Origin: an uncultured Verrucomicrobiota bacterium
GTDB taxonomy: Bacteria; Verrucomicrobiota; Verrucomicrobiia; Limisphaerales; UBA1319
DNA length: 64,000 bases
Direction of reading: 5' to 3'
Assembly (NCBI GenBank): GCA_903845125.1
Contig: CAIMWS010000521.1
Span: 7,069-71,068 of the forward strand
Shown here piece after piece: positions 10,280 to 19,825 of the stretch (positions are counted from its first letter, which is position 1; every line of letters begins with the position of its first letter). A program made the position numbers and the translations under genes. The notes under the pieces were generated by a model. That model made no database searches. It saw only the letters and a list, made by a program, of their open reading frames with translations, and was not told the DNA's origin.

Positions 10280-11422
10280 ATGAAGGCCATGTATCGATGT
10301 TGGGCGGAAGTGGATCTAAGTGCTTTGCGGGAAAACCTGGCTTGGATTCGCAACCAGGTTGGCCCGCAGGTTAAAATCATGACGGTGGTCAAAGCGGACG
10401 CTTACGGCCACGGCTTGAAACAAATAGCTGCTTTGCTGATGCAAAGCGGCACGGACATTTTCGGGGTGGCCAATCTGACCGAGGCCCGCAGCATCCGCGC
10501 CGTGGGCAAAGGCTGGCCAATCCTGCTGCTGGGCGCCTGCCTGCCTGAGGAAATGGAAGGGGCGGTCCGTGACGATGTCATGCCCACCATCAGCACCCTG
10601 GAAGAAGCGGACCAATTCGCCGTCCTTGCCGACCAGCATAACAAATTGATCCAAGTCCAAATCAAGGTGGACACTGGCATGGGGCGTTTGGGTGTCGAGG
10701 CCGAATTGGCCATGGATTTGATCCGCCACGTCCGCAGCCTCCCGGGTTTGGAATTGACCGGGCTTTACACTCATTACGCCGCCGTGGAGGACGATCCGGA
10801 TTATTCCCAGGAACAGGCCCGGCGCTTTAATAAACTGGTCGGGCAACTGCAAATGGCAGGCATATCCATCCCCCTGATCCATGCCAATAACAGTGGCGGC
10901 CTGCTGCACGAACCCGGCACCCTTTACAAGCTCATCCGCCCCGGTTTGCTGGTTTACGGGGTCGTTCCCTCCGGCCAGCGGCCCATGGGATCCAAACTGA
11001 AATACCAGGTCCGCCCCGCCTTGTCCTGGAAGTGCCGGGTCGGTTTTGTGAAAGAAATCCCGGCCGGAAAATCCTTAAGCTACGGACGGACTTTTGTGTC
11101 GGCCGCCCCCATGCGGGTGGCCACCTTGACCGCCGGCTATGGCGATGGTTACCTGCGCGCCGGCAGCAATCGCGCCCAAGTGCTGATCCGCGGCCGCCGC
11201 CTCCCGGTATTGGGACGCATCACCATGGATCAAATGCTGGTGGATATCACCACCCTGCCCGAAGTGAATACCGGCGATGAAGCCGTGTTTATTGGCCGCC
11301 AGGATAATGCCGAAATTACCGTGAACGAGGTTGCGGATTGGATGGGCACCATTCCCTGGGAAGTGTTCACCAATATTACTTACCGGGTGCCGCGTATTTA
11401 TCGCGGCGGCCAGGCATCGTAG
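10280..11422 (+). CDS. alr: Alanine racemase
   Basis: PLP lysine motif VVKADAYGHG, KVDTGMGRLG, RPG, SYG, GYGDG, GRITMDQ. Confidence 0.95.
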   Translation: MKAMYRCWAEVDLSALRENLAWIRNQVGPQVKIMTVVKADAYGHGLKQIAALLMQSGTDIFGVANLTEARSIRAVGKGWPILLLGACLPEEMEGAVRDDVMPTISTLEEADQFAVLADQHNKLIQVQIKVDTGMGRLGVEAELAMDLIRHVRSLPGLELTGLYTHYAAVEDDPDYSQEQARRFNKLVGQLQMAGISIPLIHANNSGGLLHEPGTLYKLIRPGLLVYGVVPSGQRPMGSKLKYQVRPALSWKCRVGFVKEIPAGKSLSYGRTFVSAAPMRVATLTAGYGDGYLRAGSNRAQVLIRGRRLPVLGRITMDQMLVDITTLPEVNTGDEAVFIGRQDNAEITVNEVADWMGTIPWEVFTNITYRVPRIYRGGQAS

Positions 11423-11463
11423 CGGGAGCGCCCTCCAAGCCCTGGATAAACCGTCAGGCAGAA

Positions 11464-14400
11464 TTATCGGTTCCGGCCCATACTCGGGTGGTCTTTCCTG
11501 GAAAGGGTTTGCGGGCCAACCCACCGGGTATTGTATTTTGTGATCCAGGCGTCATCCAAACCAACGGGGCGTACCTGGTGGCCATAAGCCTGATCGTCCA
11601 TGCCGTGGAAGGGGAAAGGCTCCACCGTCGTGCCGCATTCAACATGAAAGTCTGAGTCCTTGTCCCAACCGATGGAATAGAAGAAGAAATCCCGCACGTA
11701 TCCCGGTGGTTTGGCTGGCAGGCCATCAACCGCGAAGGAGAGGGTAAGTTCGTCGCCCCCATTGATCAATACCAGGGCGTTGTCTTTCCTGGCCAACAAT
11801 TCATCGACTCCCCCATACCGCGTGCACCAACCGGCGGGAGTGATCCGCCAAGGGGGATCCGGCATCGTTTGGGCATATTCCGGCGTCAACGGGAATTGCC
11901 ACGGCAATTGGCGGAACGCGCTGAAACCACGCCAGTGCAGATCGGTCCGGCTCGGGGCCAGGCGCGTGATGCGCAAGGGCGCTTCGCTGGCGCGTTCCCA
12001 TAACTCAGCCTGGTCCCAGTGCAGCTCAAAGGCCGTGCTGATCCGCAAACGCCGACTGCCCGGCGGCAGCTTGCCGGTGAGATCCACCAAGATCGTCTTG
12101 GTTTTGCCGCACGGCACCCCCATGGACAAATCGACCGGTCTCCAAATGGGCGCCGCTCCGGAAGCCGGCGCCTGGGCTGCGGGCAGCTCCACTTCCAATT
12201 GCGGGAAGGGAAACGGCAAATCCGGATCATGCGAGCCGGCCACGTTGGCCATTCCTCCGCCGAATCTCAGCCAACCGTTAAGCACGAGCACCAGCGGACG
12301 CTCCACCGGCAGCGGGCCGAAATCCAGCGTGACACTGCTGGGCTCGGCCAAACCACGCAATTGGGGGATGCGTATTTTGGCCGGCGAAACCATTTGGCCG
12401 TCGCTGGCTTTTAATTCAGCGGTCACCTCCTTGCCTTGGTGGTTTTCCGCGTGCAGCAGCGGATGGGGATGGTGCAGGCCAATCAGTTCATGCGGAATAA
12501 ACGGTTTGCCCGGCAGCATTTTGCTGGTGGTGCACACTTTGATTTCCGGGGGGTGATCCACCGCCACTAATTTTGCTTCGTCCAGGTATAGCACTTCGCG
12601 CAACTCCTCCGTGACCTGCAGCAAATATTCCCCCCCCTTGGGTGGCAGCCGCGATTCGTCGCCCAAGGCGATATATTCCTCCGGATCAGCTTCCACAAAA
12701 CGCGTATCGGAAACCCGCAATCCCAAGGGTGAAGCCCCCAGGATATCGGTCACGAAACGGAAACCAGTCCCGTCCCAGGCATACAAATAGGGGCAGGATC
12801 CCGTGGGCTGCTCCAGCTCCATCAAATTCCATACCGTATGGGGATCGGCTTGCAGCTCGAATAACACGGGCAGCGTGAGATCCGACCACCGGGGTTTGAC
12901 CACTTCCGGTTTGGCATTTTTCCCCATGCCGATTTCCACCGGCAGTTCCGTCACCGTCCGCAAGGTGCGCCAGTGTTCCGCTTTCACTTCGATGCGCACC
13001 CCCAACCCGCTCGCGTTGGAGCGGGTGCCCAGCAATCTCAGTTTAAGCTGGTGATTGGCATTGCCACCCTCGTTGCGCAGCAACCGCAAACCACCGGATT
13101 CCAGACAGGCCAACAGGTCACTGTCGCCGTCCTGGTCAAAATCGGCGACGTGGACCGAAAACACCCGTCCCGTTTTGTGCTGATCCAATCCCAATTCCTG
13201 GGTGGTTTCCTTAAATCCCGCCTGGCCGAGGTTGCGCCAGATCCGCAGACCTTCACCCGCGGCCAGGATATCCAGCCACCCATCATTGTCGTAATCGAAC
13301 AGCTTGAGCTGCCGGACTGGCCAATCCCCCAAAGGCAGGGAAACCGGCTGGCTCATCCCGCCATAAACCACTTCCAAGTGATTTGAAGCGGCCAGGACCA
13401 GGTCCATGCGAAAATCGTTGTTCAAATCGCCCGCCGCCAGGCAACTGGCCACCGGCCACGAAGCGGGGGAATTGGTGGGCGCCAGCCTGCCCCCCCGCTC
13501 TTTGATTAAGACCATCGGCGGATACCCATCCCTGGCGATGATGACATCCAGCAGATCGTCACCGTTCCAATCCTCCACCAGGATCTGGCGAACCCCGGTG
13601 ACCGAGGCGGGGATGCCGGAGGTGGCAGTGATGTCCTTGAAATACATCGGGCCCAGGTTGCGGAGCAGGCGGGGTTCGCGATTGGTGGGTGAAATCAGCA
13701 GCAGATCGAGTTTGCCGGTTAAATCCAGGTCGACCAGCACTCCCTCCAGGCCGGATTGGTTTTTCATTCCAGCAAAGGCGGTGGCGTCACTGAATGCGCC
13801 ATTGGTGGCGAATTTGACAATTTGCACACCTTTGGCTCCCAATAGCACCGCATCCTCATAGCGGTCGTTGTTCAAATCACCCACCAGGCAGCGCAAATCC
13901 CCGGCGCCTGGGGTGCCGGGCAAATGTTGGGCGTGTGGCTGAAAGGTTCCGTTGGTGTTGAGCAACAGCCGCACACCGCCCTCCCCCTCGCCCACCAGCA
14001 GATCGTTCTGGCCGCGTTGGTTGATATCAAAAATCCCCACCGGCGCATGGTAGTTCGTCCCCTTCCCGCCGAAGGCTTTTTGGCTGATATCCGCAAAGGT
14101 AACTGGCACCCCTTGTGAAGTCGGTTGGTCCAGCACAAAAGGCACCCGCATCTCCGTATAGGCGCAACGTTCGAAATAGCCTGGATTCGCTGGGGGTGGC
14201 GGATTCTCCGCGATGATCCGGGCATGCAGTTGGGCCTCCTGCTGGGCCTCGTCATTTTGTCCCCGGCGGGCCAGCGCCTGGCTGAGCAGGAAATGCGCGC
14301 GCTGGTGCCTGGGCTCCCACTGCACCACGTCCCGCAACACTTCGATGGCTTCCGCGTATTGGCTGACGCTCATATGCGCCTGGGCCAGTTGGAAACTGGC

Positions 14401-14865
14401 GGCATTCACCCGGATATCCATGTCCCGGCACTCCTGCAGGAACTGTATGGCATTGGTCGCATGGCCCAGGCGCAGAGCGGCACACCCGGCGACGAAACGC
14501 GCAGCTGCCGACTGTGGGTCCAGATGCAATGCTTCGCGGGCCACTTGGAGGGCTTTTTCACCCAAGCCAGCCAGGAGACAGGCGTTGGCTAGATTCAGTT
14601 GTGCATCCGCATTGGCCGGCTGCAGGCTTACTGCTTGTTCAAAGGCGGCGACCGCATTCGCCTGGCGCTGGTCATAGCGTTTCTTCCCCTCATTCATCCA
14701 GTAACCAAAATCGCGCGCCTCAACCTTTTTTTCTGGTATCACCTCGCGTTTGGGATCCGACTTCCCACAGGAAGCCAGGAACGCGATCGGCAAAAGTGCC
14801 AGGCCCAGAGATAGGGCCTGCCCAAGCCGTCTGCAAAAAGCGGATTTCGTGCTGCTGAAAGTCAT
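11464..14865 (-). CDS. Lipoprotein with TPR + FG-GAP/VCBS repeats + ASPIC/UnbV region + large uncharacterised C-terminal domain
   Basis: Lipobox FLASC; TPR helices; GDLNNDRYED, DLDLTGKLDL, DWNGDDLLD, DYDNDGWLD, DFDQDGDSD repeats; SNASGLGVRIEV; then GSCPYLYAWDG domain. Confidence 0.8.
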   Translation of the reverse strand: MTFSSTKSAFCRRLGQALSLGLALLPIAFLASCGKSDPKREVIPEKKVEARDFGYWMNEGKKRYDQRQANAVAAFEQAVSLQPANADAQLNLANACLLAGLGEKALQVAREALHLDPQSAAARFVAGCAALRLGHATNAIQFLQECRDMDIRVNAASFQLAQAHMSVSQYAEAIEVLRDVVQWEPRHQRAHFLLSQALARRGQNDEAQQEAQLHARIIAENPPPPANPGYFERCAYTEMRVPFVLDQPTSQGVPVTFADISQKAFGGKGTNYHAPVGIFDINQRGQNDLLVGEGEGGVRLLLNTNGTFQPHAQHLPGTPGAGDLRCLVGDLNNDRYEDAVLLGAKGVQIVKFATNGAFSDATAFAGMKNQSGLEGVLVDLDLTGKLDLLLISPTNREPRLLRNLGPMYFKDITATSGIPASVTGVRQILVEDWNGDDLLDVIIARDGYPPMVLIKERGGRLAPTNSPASWPVASCLAAGDLNNDFRMDLVLAASNHLEVVYGGMSQPVSLPLGDWPVRQLKLFDYDNDGWLDILAAGEGLRIWRNLGQAGFKETTQELGLDQHKTGRVFSVHVADFDQDGDSDLLACLESGGLRLLRNEGGNANHQLKLRLLGTRSNASGLGVRIEVKAEHWRTLRTVTELPVEIGMGKNAKPEVVKPRWSDLTLPVLFELQADPHTVWNLMELEQPTGSCPYLYAWDGTGFRFVTDILGASPLGLRVSDTRFVEADPEEYIALGDESRLPPKGGEYLLQVTEELREVLYLDEAKLVAVDHPPEIKVCTTSKMLPGKPFIPHELIGLHHPHPLLHAENHQGKEVTAELKASDGQMVSPAKIRIPQLRGLAEPSSVTLDFGPLPVERPLVLVLNGWLRFGGGMANVAGSHDPDLPFPFPQLEVELPAAQAPASGAAPIWRPVDLSMGVPCGKTKTILVDLTGKLPPGSRRLRISTAFELHWDQAELWERASEAPLRITRLAPSRTDLHWRGFSAFRQLPWQFPLTPEYAQTMPDPPWRITPAGWCTRYGGVDELLARKDNALVLINGGDELTLSFAVDGLPAKPPGYVRDFFFYSIGWDKDSDFHVECGTTVEPFPFHGMDDQAYGHQVRPVGLDDAWITKYNTRWVGPQTLSRKDHPSMGRNR

Positions 14866-14871
14866 TGTCCC

Positions 14872-14900
14872 ATCTTAATCACCAAGCTAATTAGTAGCAA
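14872..14900 (-). promoter_or_regulatory. Candidate sigma70 promoter giving a leaderless transcript of the TPR-FG-GAP gene
   Basis: Minus strand TTGCTA-17 nt-TAAGAT, then 6 nt (gggaca) and the ATG at 14865. Confidence 0.4.
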
Positions 14901-15017
14901 GACGGGAGCGCGGAAACGCAGTGAAGAAGCGACTTTATTCGAGCGGGAAATTTCCCCATTCCACGCTCTGGATACACACACAATCCCGCACTATTACTCA
15001 GAAAATACTGGTCTGTG

Positions 15018-15464
15018 TCAGTTGGTGTGGATCTCCGGATGACGGATGCGTGCGCCCAAGTTGGCGGTCCAGCCCATCAGGCCGGAGCAACCCAAAGCCA
15101 GCAGCAACAGGATGGCCAAATAAGCTTTAGGAAGGTTCCTGCCTTTGCGGAAGAACAACAGACCGATCAACGACACAAATCCCAAAACCAATATGCCCGC
15201 CAAAGCCAGCACGGCTATTTCCGAATGCTGATCGCTGGGATCCAGAGGGATTCCGGGCGCCACCCGGCGCAGCATGGCGGCGGCCAAAGGTCCGGTTTGG
15301 TGGGTCGGCCAGGCCAGCAAGGCGGTGAAAATGAACACCAGCAGACTGGTCCGCTTTAGTTCCTCGCTACGCTTCAGCAAGCCAAGCAGCAGGAGGCACA
15401 ACCCAAAAAATGCGCCGGCAATGGGCGCGTGCGCAATCAACAAATGCCAGTGTGCGGAATTCAT
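15018..15464 (-). CDS. Four-TM membrane protein, DUF2231-like, His-rich
   Basis: HWHLLIAHAP N-terminus, four hydrophobic helices, QHSE, C-terminal IRHPE; ATGA overlap with upstream gene. Confidence 0.65.
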   Translation of the reverse strand: MNSAHWHLLIAHAPIAGAFFGLCLLLLGLLKRSEELKRTSLLVFIFTALLAWPTHQTGPLAAAMLRRVAPGIPLDPSDQHSEIAVLALAGILVLGFVSLIGLLFFRKGRNLPKAYLAILLLLALGCSGLMGWTANLGARIRHPEIHTN

Positions 15465-16042
15465 AATTCAAGTGCGATCCGGACCACCACTCCCCCCATA
15501 ACCTGGCCCGGTTTGATATCTTTCCGGGGACTGTCCGGATGCTGATTGTGGCAACTGGCACAGGAGGCATGAACCGCCACATCCGGGTACACGGCGGTGA
15601 AATACCAGCGCCCCCCCAGCATTTCCTCGGAATAAAACGGCTGCCCCGGCTGCCTGGCCACCGCCTCCAATCCCTTTTTTTCGATCGCCGTTTCCGGCGC
15701 ATTGCGCTGGCGGAGCGGTTGGAGCGAGCGCAACACATACGAAAACTCAACGCCTTTGGCGGCTGCTTTTTCAGAGTTCATCCGAAACATTTCACAAGGA
15801 TTCGGGCAACTCTTCGGATCCGCCAATTGAGCTACCCGGTCAGTGTAGACTTCCCGGTCGGAGGAGATCACCGCGCGCAAGGCGTCCGCCACATCCTGGG
15901 GTTTGATGGCCACCGCGAGCTTTTTCTTGGCGGGAGTTTCGCTTTTTTGCGCCAAGCCCATGCAGTTGGCCAGCATCAGGACCAAAACCAGCCGAAGTAA
16001 AACCGGCCAGGGAATGAGTTTGGTTTTCATCTGGTGTTTCAC
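15461..16042 (-). CDS. Periplasmic monoheme c protein, Tll0287-like / DUF3365
   Basis: Signal peptide; R..YT, SL.P...NAP...E, FTAVYPDVAV..CASCHN (15548-15562), GQVMGGVVVRI; GTGA overlap with upstream gene. Confidence 0.8.
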   Translation of the reverse strand: MKHQMKTKLIPWPVLLRLVLVLMLANCMGLAQKSETPAKKKLAVAIKPQDVADALRAVISSDREVYTDRVAQLADPKSCPNPCEMFRMNSEKAAAKGVEFSYVLRSLQPLRQRNAPETAIEKKGLEAVARQPGQPFYSEEMLGGRWYFTAVYPDVAVHASCASCHNQHPDSPRKDIKPGQVMGGVVVRIALEL

Positions 16043-17232
16043 TTTCCCGAATATTTCCTGAATCGTCCATTCTGAAATTCCAGCAACTCCAGTTGTGCGA
16101 TCCGGCTTCCCCCCCGTTCAAACTGCAGCGGACCGCTGGCTCCGGGTTTAGTGTAAGCGGGCGGGAAGGCGCGGAATGAATCCTCGCCAGCCTGGCTTAA
16201 ACCGGCCAGCAAAAGCGCCACCGCATCCCGGGCCCTGGCGGCAGTGACATCCGGCACGGTTCCATGGCGGACCTGAAAATCAGCTTCAAAATCACGGCGA
16301 ACCGCCTGGCTGGCCTCATCCTGGACAATGGCGGGAAGCAAAAACCCTTCCGCGGCGGATCCAGCTTCCGTGCCAAACGCGGAACCCTGCAAATGACTTG
16401 GCCCCGCCAGCACCCCGCCATACCCCGCCTGGCGCAATGATTTCACCGCCTTGCCGGCCACCACGGGATCGAGCCAGAGCAGGATGCCATCCGGTTTGCG
16501 CACCAGGAGATCCTGGCACAAATCATTCCAGTTGCCCAATAGAGGCGCCAAAGCCATCGTTTTGTCAAGCAAGCCCCCAGCCTTCGCGGCGGCTTTGGCC
16601 AAATCGGAAGCGGCCTCGCGTCCCGGCCTTTCGGGGGGCACCAAGGCGCACCAATGGAAACCCTGGCTGGCTGAAATCTGTTTTACCGACGCCAATAGCA
16701 GACCGGCTTCCGCCTGCGTGCCAGGCACAAGACGAACCAGCCAGGGAATGCCAGCGCCCAGCACCGAGGAATCGGCGCATAGGGATATGACCGGCGTGGC
16801 GGTGCGCCCCGATACCTGCAATGCCAGGTGGGCAGGCGCCCCACCCGGGGGGGTGATCAAACCTCGCACCCCTTCATCCAGAACCATTGATCCGGCTTCC
16901 TCGCCATCGGTTCCCCATTGCCCGATACGGCCACGCACCAGCAACCTCGCCCGGACACCCAAATCCCGGTTCGCTTGCGCCAGACCAATTTCAGCTCCCC
17001 GGCGCAAACTTTCCGCCTCGGCTTCCTCGGGCGGAAGCAGGAGGCCAATGGTAAGCGGCAGCAATGATGCGTCAGCCTGAGCGGGATCTGGTTTTCCAGC
17101 CTCATTTTGGAACCGACCAGCAGGGGATGAATATGCACTACCGAGGAAAAGCCACGCCAGACAGCAAGCCTGCCATCGTTGCCAAGGGGCATTTCCAATT
17201 TTCGGCATAAATCCCGGGCGGCGTCCGCACAC
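16039..17232 (-). CDS. Type I periplasmic binding protein (LivJ/branched-chain amino-acid-binding fold), divergent
   Basis: Signal-like N-terminus; TIGLLLP..RRGAEIG.., GTEAGSAAEG, AARARDAV, GASGPLQF; start may be ATG 17208. Confidence 0.7.
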   Translation of the reverse strand: MCGRRPGFMPKIGNAPWQRWQACCLAWLFLGSAYSSPAGRFQNEAGKPDPAQADASLLPLTIGLLLPPEEAEAESLRRGAEIGLAQANRDLGVRARLLVRGRIGQWGTDGEEAGSMVLDEGVRGLITPPGGAPAHLALQVSGRTATPVISLCADSSVLGAGIPWLVRLVPGTQAEAGLLLASVKQISASQGFHWCALVPPERPGREAASDLAKAAAKAGGLLDKTMALAPLLGNWNDLCQDLLVRKPDGILLWLDPVVAGKAVKSLRQAGYGGVLAGPSHLQGSAFGTEAGSAAEGFLLPAIVQDEASQAVRRDFEADFQVRHGTVPDVTAARARDAVALLLAGLSQAGEDSFRAFPPAYTKPGASGPLQFERGGSRIAQLELLEFQNGRFRKYSGK

Positions 17233-17236
17233 ACCC

Positions 17237-18634
17237 TCACGGTTGGGCCGCTCTTAGTTTTTCCAGCCGGGTGATGGCCGGGACCGGCTGAAATTGCCAT
17301 TTGCCTTGTTTAAACTGGGCCATCGACATCGGCGCAATATTATCATTACGGCCATCGAAGATCATATGGCCGGTTATCCCATCCCATTCATCCAGGTTGG
17401 CGAGGTAATCGCGCACCCGATATCGATTGGGACCGGATTTGTTGATGGCCTCGATCATCAGCTTCGCCCCGTCGTAGCCGTAGGCAGCGTAAATGCCCGC
17501 TTTTTCGCTCCACCGCTTCTGAAACCGATCCTGGAATTCTACCCATGGTTTATCCGTGCGGTCAGGATTGAAAAAATAGCAGATGGTGGTGCCTTCGGCA
17601 GCTTCGCCCGCGTTCTTCGAAAAACCATCCTCCTTGAGGCGATCAAAACCGAAAAACTGCGCCGTGATGCCCGATTTCCGGAACAACGCTGCCGCAAATC
17701 CGATATCTTCCGGCTGCCCATAAAAAACCAATGCGTCCGGGTTGGCCCCCTTGATGGTATTCAATTGCTCAGCCAGGCTGCGGTCACCCGGTTTATACAA
17801 TAAATGCGCCACCGCCGGTTTGCCCAAGCGCCGGATATCGTTTACCAGGTGCATCACGCCCACCCGGCCGGGGCGGCTGCTTTCCCTCAAAATGGCCACT
17901 CGTTTGCATCCTCGCCGGTTGATGATCAAATCCGCGAGGCGGTAACATTGCTGCCGGTCGTCCGGGAAAACGCGGGAAATCCAAGGGATTTGAGTTTCCA
18001 TAAGGGTGGGATCCGGATCCGAGGTGTTGATGATGTAGGTCTCCGTCTTGAGGGTTACGCGCAGGGCCACATGGGTTGCGTCACCATCGATGGTTCCCAA
18101 GTAGCCCAGCACATCGGCGTCCTTGAAATCCACGGCAATGTTGGCGGCGCTGCCCCAGAGGGGCGAATCTTCCCTTTCCACGATTTCAAACGGCAGCTGA
18201 CCCGCTCTGCGGGAGGCATTTTCCTCCTCGAAAGCCAGCAATACGCCCAGCCGGGTTTGTTTTCCGCGCGCCCCTTCGGGGCCGTAAGGCGCCGGACCAA
18301 AAAGCCCCACTTTCAAGGATTTCAAATCCGGAGGATCCGGGTAATCCCGTCCCGGCCCCCGAAATGGCAAACGGGTGGTAAAGTAGCGATAATAGGGTTC
18401 CAGAGTTCGGAACGGCACCATTTCCTCGGGGGTGTTCGCGTAATAGGGATATTGTCCCGCGGGGAGGCCGCAGGTAGCCGGTTCGGCATTGGTGGTGGCC
18501 GCCTTGGCGATTGAAGGCTGAGCAGCTACTTTTTCCTCAGCCGCTTTTTCCGCCCAACTTGGCATGGGTAATATCACGCCCGTCAGCAAGCCGAAAAACA
18601 ACCGGCTTTGGCAAAGAAAGGTTAAGCGTTTCAT
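17237..18634 (-). CDS. Type I periplasmic binding protein (LivJ-like fold) with N-terminal extension
   Basis: ATG 18634 (MKRLTFL signal) preferred over the track start that overlaps upstream gene; KVGLFGP, SRVFPDD.QQ, AGEAAEG, AAYGYDG, WDGITGHMIFD. Confidence 0.8.
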   Translation of the reverse strand: MKRLTFLCQSRLFFGLLTGVILPMPSWAEKAAEEKVAAQPSIAKAATTNAEPATCGLPAGQYPYYANTPEEMVPFRTLEPYYRYFTTRLPFRGPGRDYPDPPDLKSLKVGLFGPAPYGPEGARGKQTRLGVLLAFEEENASRRAGQLPFEIVEREDSPLWGSAANIAVDFKDADVLGYLGTIDGDATHVALRVTLKTETYIINTSDPDPTLMETQIPWISRVFPDDRQQCYRLADLIINRRGCKRVAILRESSRPGRVGVMHLVNDIRRLGKPAVAHLLYKPGDRSLAEQLNTIKGANPDALVFYGQPEDIGFAAALFRKSGITAQFFGFDRLKEDGFSKNAGEAAEGTTICYFFNPDRTDKPWVEFQDRFQKRWSEKAGIYAAYGYDGAKLMIEAINKSGPNRYRVRDYLANLDEWDGITGHMIFDGRNDNIAPMSMAQFKQGKWQFQPVPAITRLEKLRAAQP

Positions 18635-18653
18635 AGGCTCAGACAAAATTTTA

Positions 18654-19799
18654 TCACTTGGCAGCGGCAACTTTGGGAACGCTGGGGCGCGGGGAGAAAA
18701 TGCCATGGCTCAAGCCGTTGGCAGTAGCAAACCAAGCTTCGTTTTCATCGGCCCAGATACCCAGGACAAAAGCATTGCAAATACCTGTTGGCAGAATCCG
18801 TTTCTCAGCCGCTTGCTTAGGCCGATGGATTTCGAGAATGCTCTCACCTTTGTCACCCAGCATATAATTTGCCCAATAAGTCCCATCGGTCACGGTGGCG
18901 GACCGGTCGGTGCCAATCCAGCAATACTTGCCCACGGGCCAGGCAAACTGCGTGAAATTCGACGGCAGCGGCGATTTATCCTGGACCCAGGTTTTCCAAT
19001 ATTTCCCATCGTAGCGAGACATGCCGAAATAGGTGTTCTGCCAGAGGACTCCATCCTTCCAGGCAATCCACGAGGTGATGTCGTTGATGGGACCGTCATC
19101 GGGCACCAAGTCATAATGGAAGTCGCCATCCGGGTCGTGATAGGCTTTGAACGTGCCTAATTGCGGATTGTGTTCGAGTATCCCCCCGCCCCAGACGCCA
19201 ATAAATACCACATCTTTTGCCCCTTTGATCGAATAGCACCACGGTTCGTGCATATTGGAATTGGTGTGATCGTATATTTTCCAGGCGCCGGTTTTTAAAT
19301 CCATCACACCCGCCCCGGCCGCCGTGGCCACCCATAATTTATCATCCGCCACATCGACCCCGTAAACCACGTTATTGGGCAGGCCGCTGTCAGTTTGGAC
19401 ATAACGGGTAATTTTACCGCCACTGAACTTATTAAGTCCCCGCATGGTACCAATCCAGAGATCCCCGGTTTTGGGATCCTCGACCATGCATAAAACCATC
19501 TTGTGCGTTAATCCATCCTCCGGCCCGTAGCGCTTGAACTTCCCGTTTTCTTCCCGCACACAAAGCCCATCCCAGGTGCCTATCCAAAGTTTGGAATCGG
19601 AAGTTTTCAGCACTACGTGTACCTTGTGGGCGGGTATCCCCTGATCGTGGCCAAAATTCTCGAAACGTTCAATGATTGGGAAGGGCAGACCCTCGGTGGT
19701 GGTTTCGCCGACTCCGCGCCCAGCGGACATCAAGAGGGCGCAGGCTGCGACGGTGGCGGCCCAAAGCGGCCTCGGATTGATGATTTTTCTGAATTTCAT
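18654..19799 (-). CDS. Secreted beta-propeller with two-component-regulator propeller (Reg_prop) repeats, stand-alone
   Basis: Signal peptide; repeats LWIGTWDGL, DGLTHKMV, LWIGTMRGL, SGLPNNVV, LPSNF, WFATANGL; no TM, kinase or Y_Y_Y part. Confidence 0.75.
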   Translation of the reverse strand: MKFRKIINPRPLWAATVAACALLMSAGRGVGETTTEGLPFPIIERFENFGHDQGIPAHKVHVVLKTSDSKLWIGTWDGLCVREENGKFKRYGPEDGLTHKMVLCMVEDPKTGDLWIGTMRGLNKFSGGKITRYVQTDSGLPNNVVYGVDVADDKLWVATAAGAGVMDLKTGAWKIYDHTNSNMHEPWCYSIKGAKDVVFIGVWGGGILEHNPQLGTFKAYHDPDGDFHYDLVPDDGPINDITSWIAWKDGVLWQNTYFGMSRYDGKYWKTWVQDKSPLPSNFTQFAWPVGKYCWIGTDRSATVTDGTYWANYMLGDKGESILEIHRPKQAAEKRILPTGICNAFVLGIWADENEAWFATANGLSHGIFSPRPSVPKVAAAK

Positions 19800-19825
19800 A
19801 AAGGCTTTGTTTTTGTTTTAGTCTG

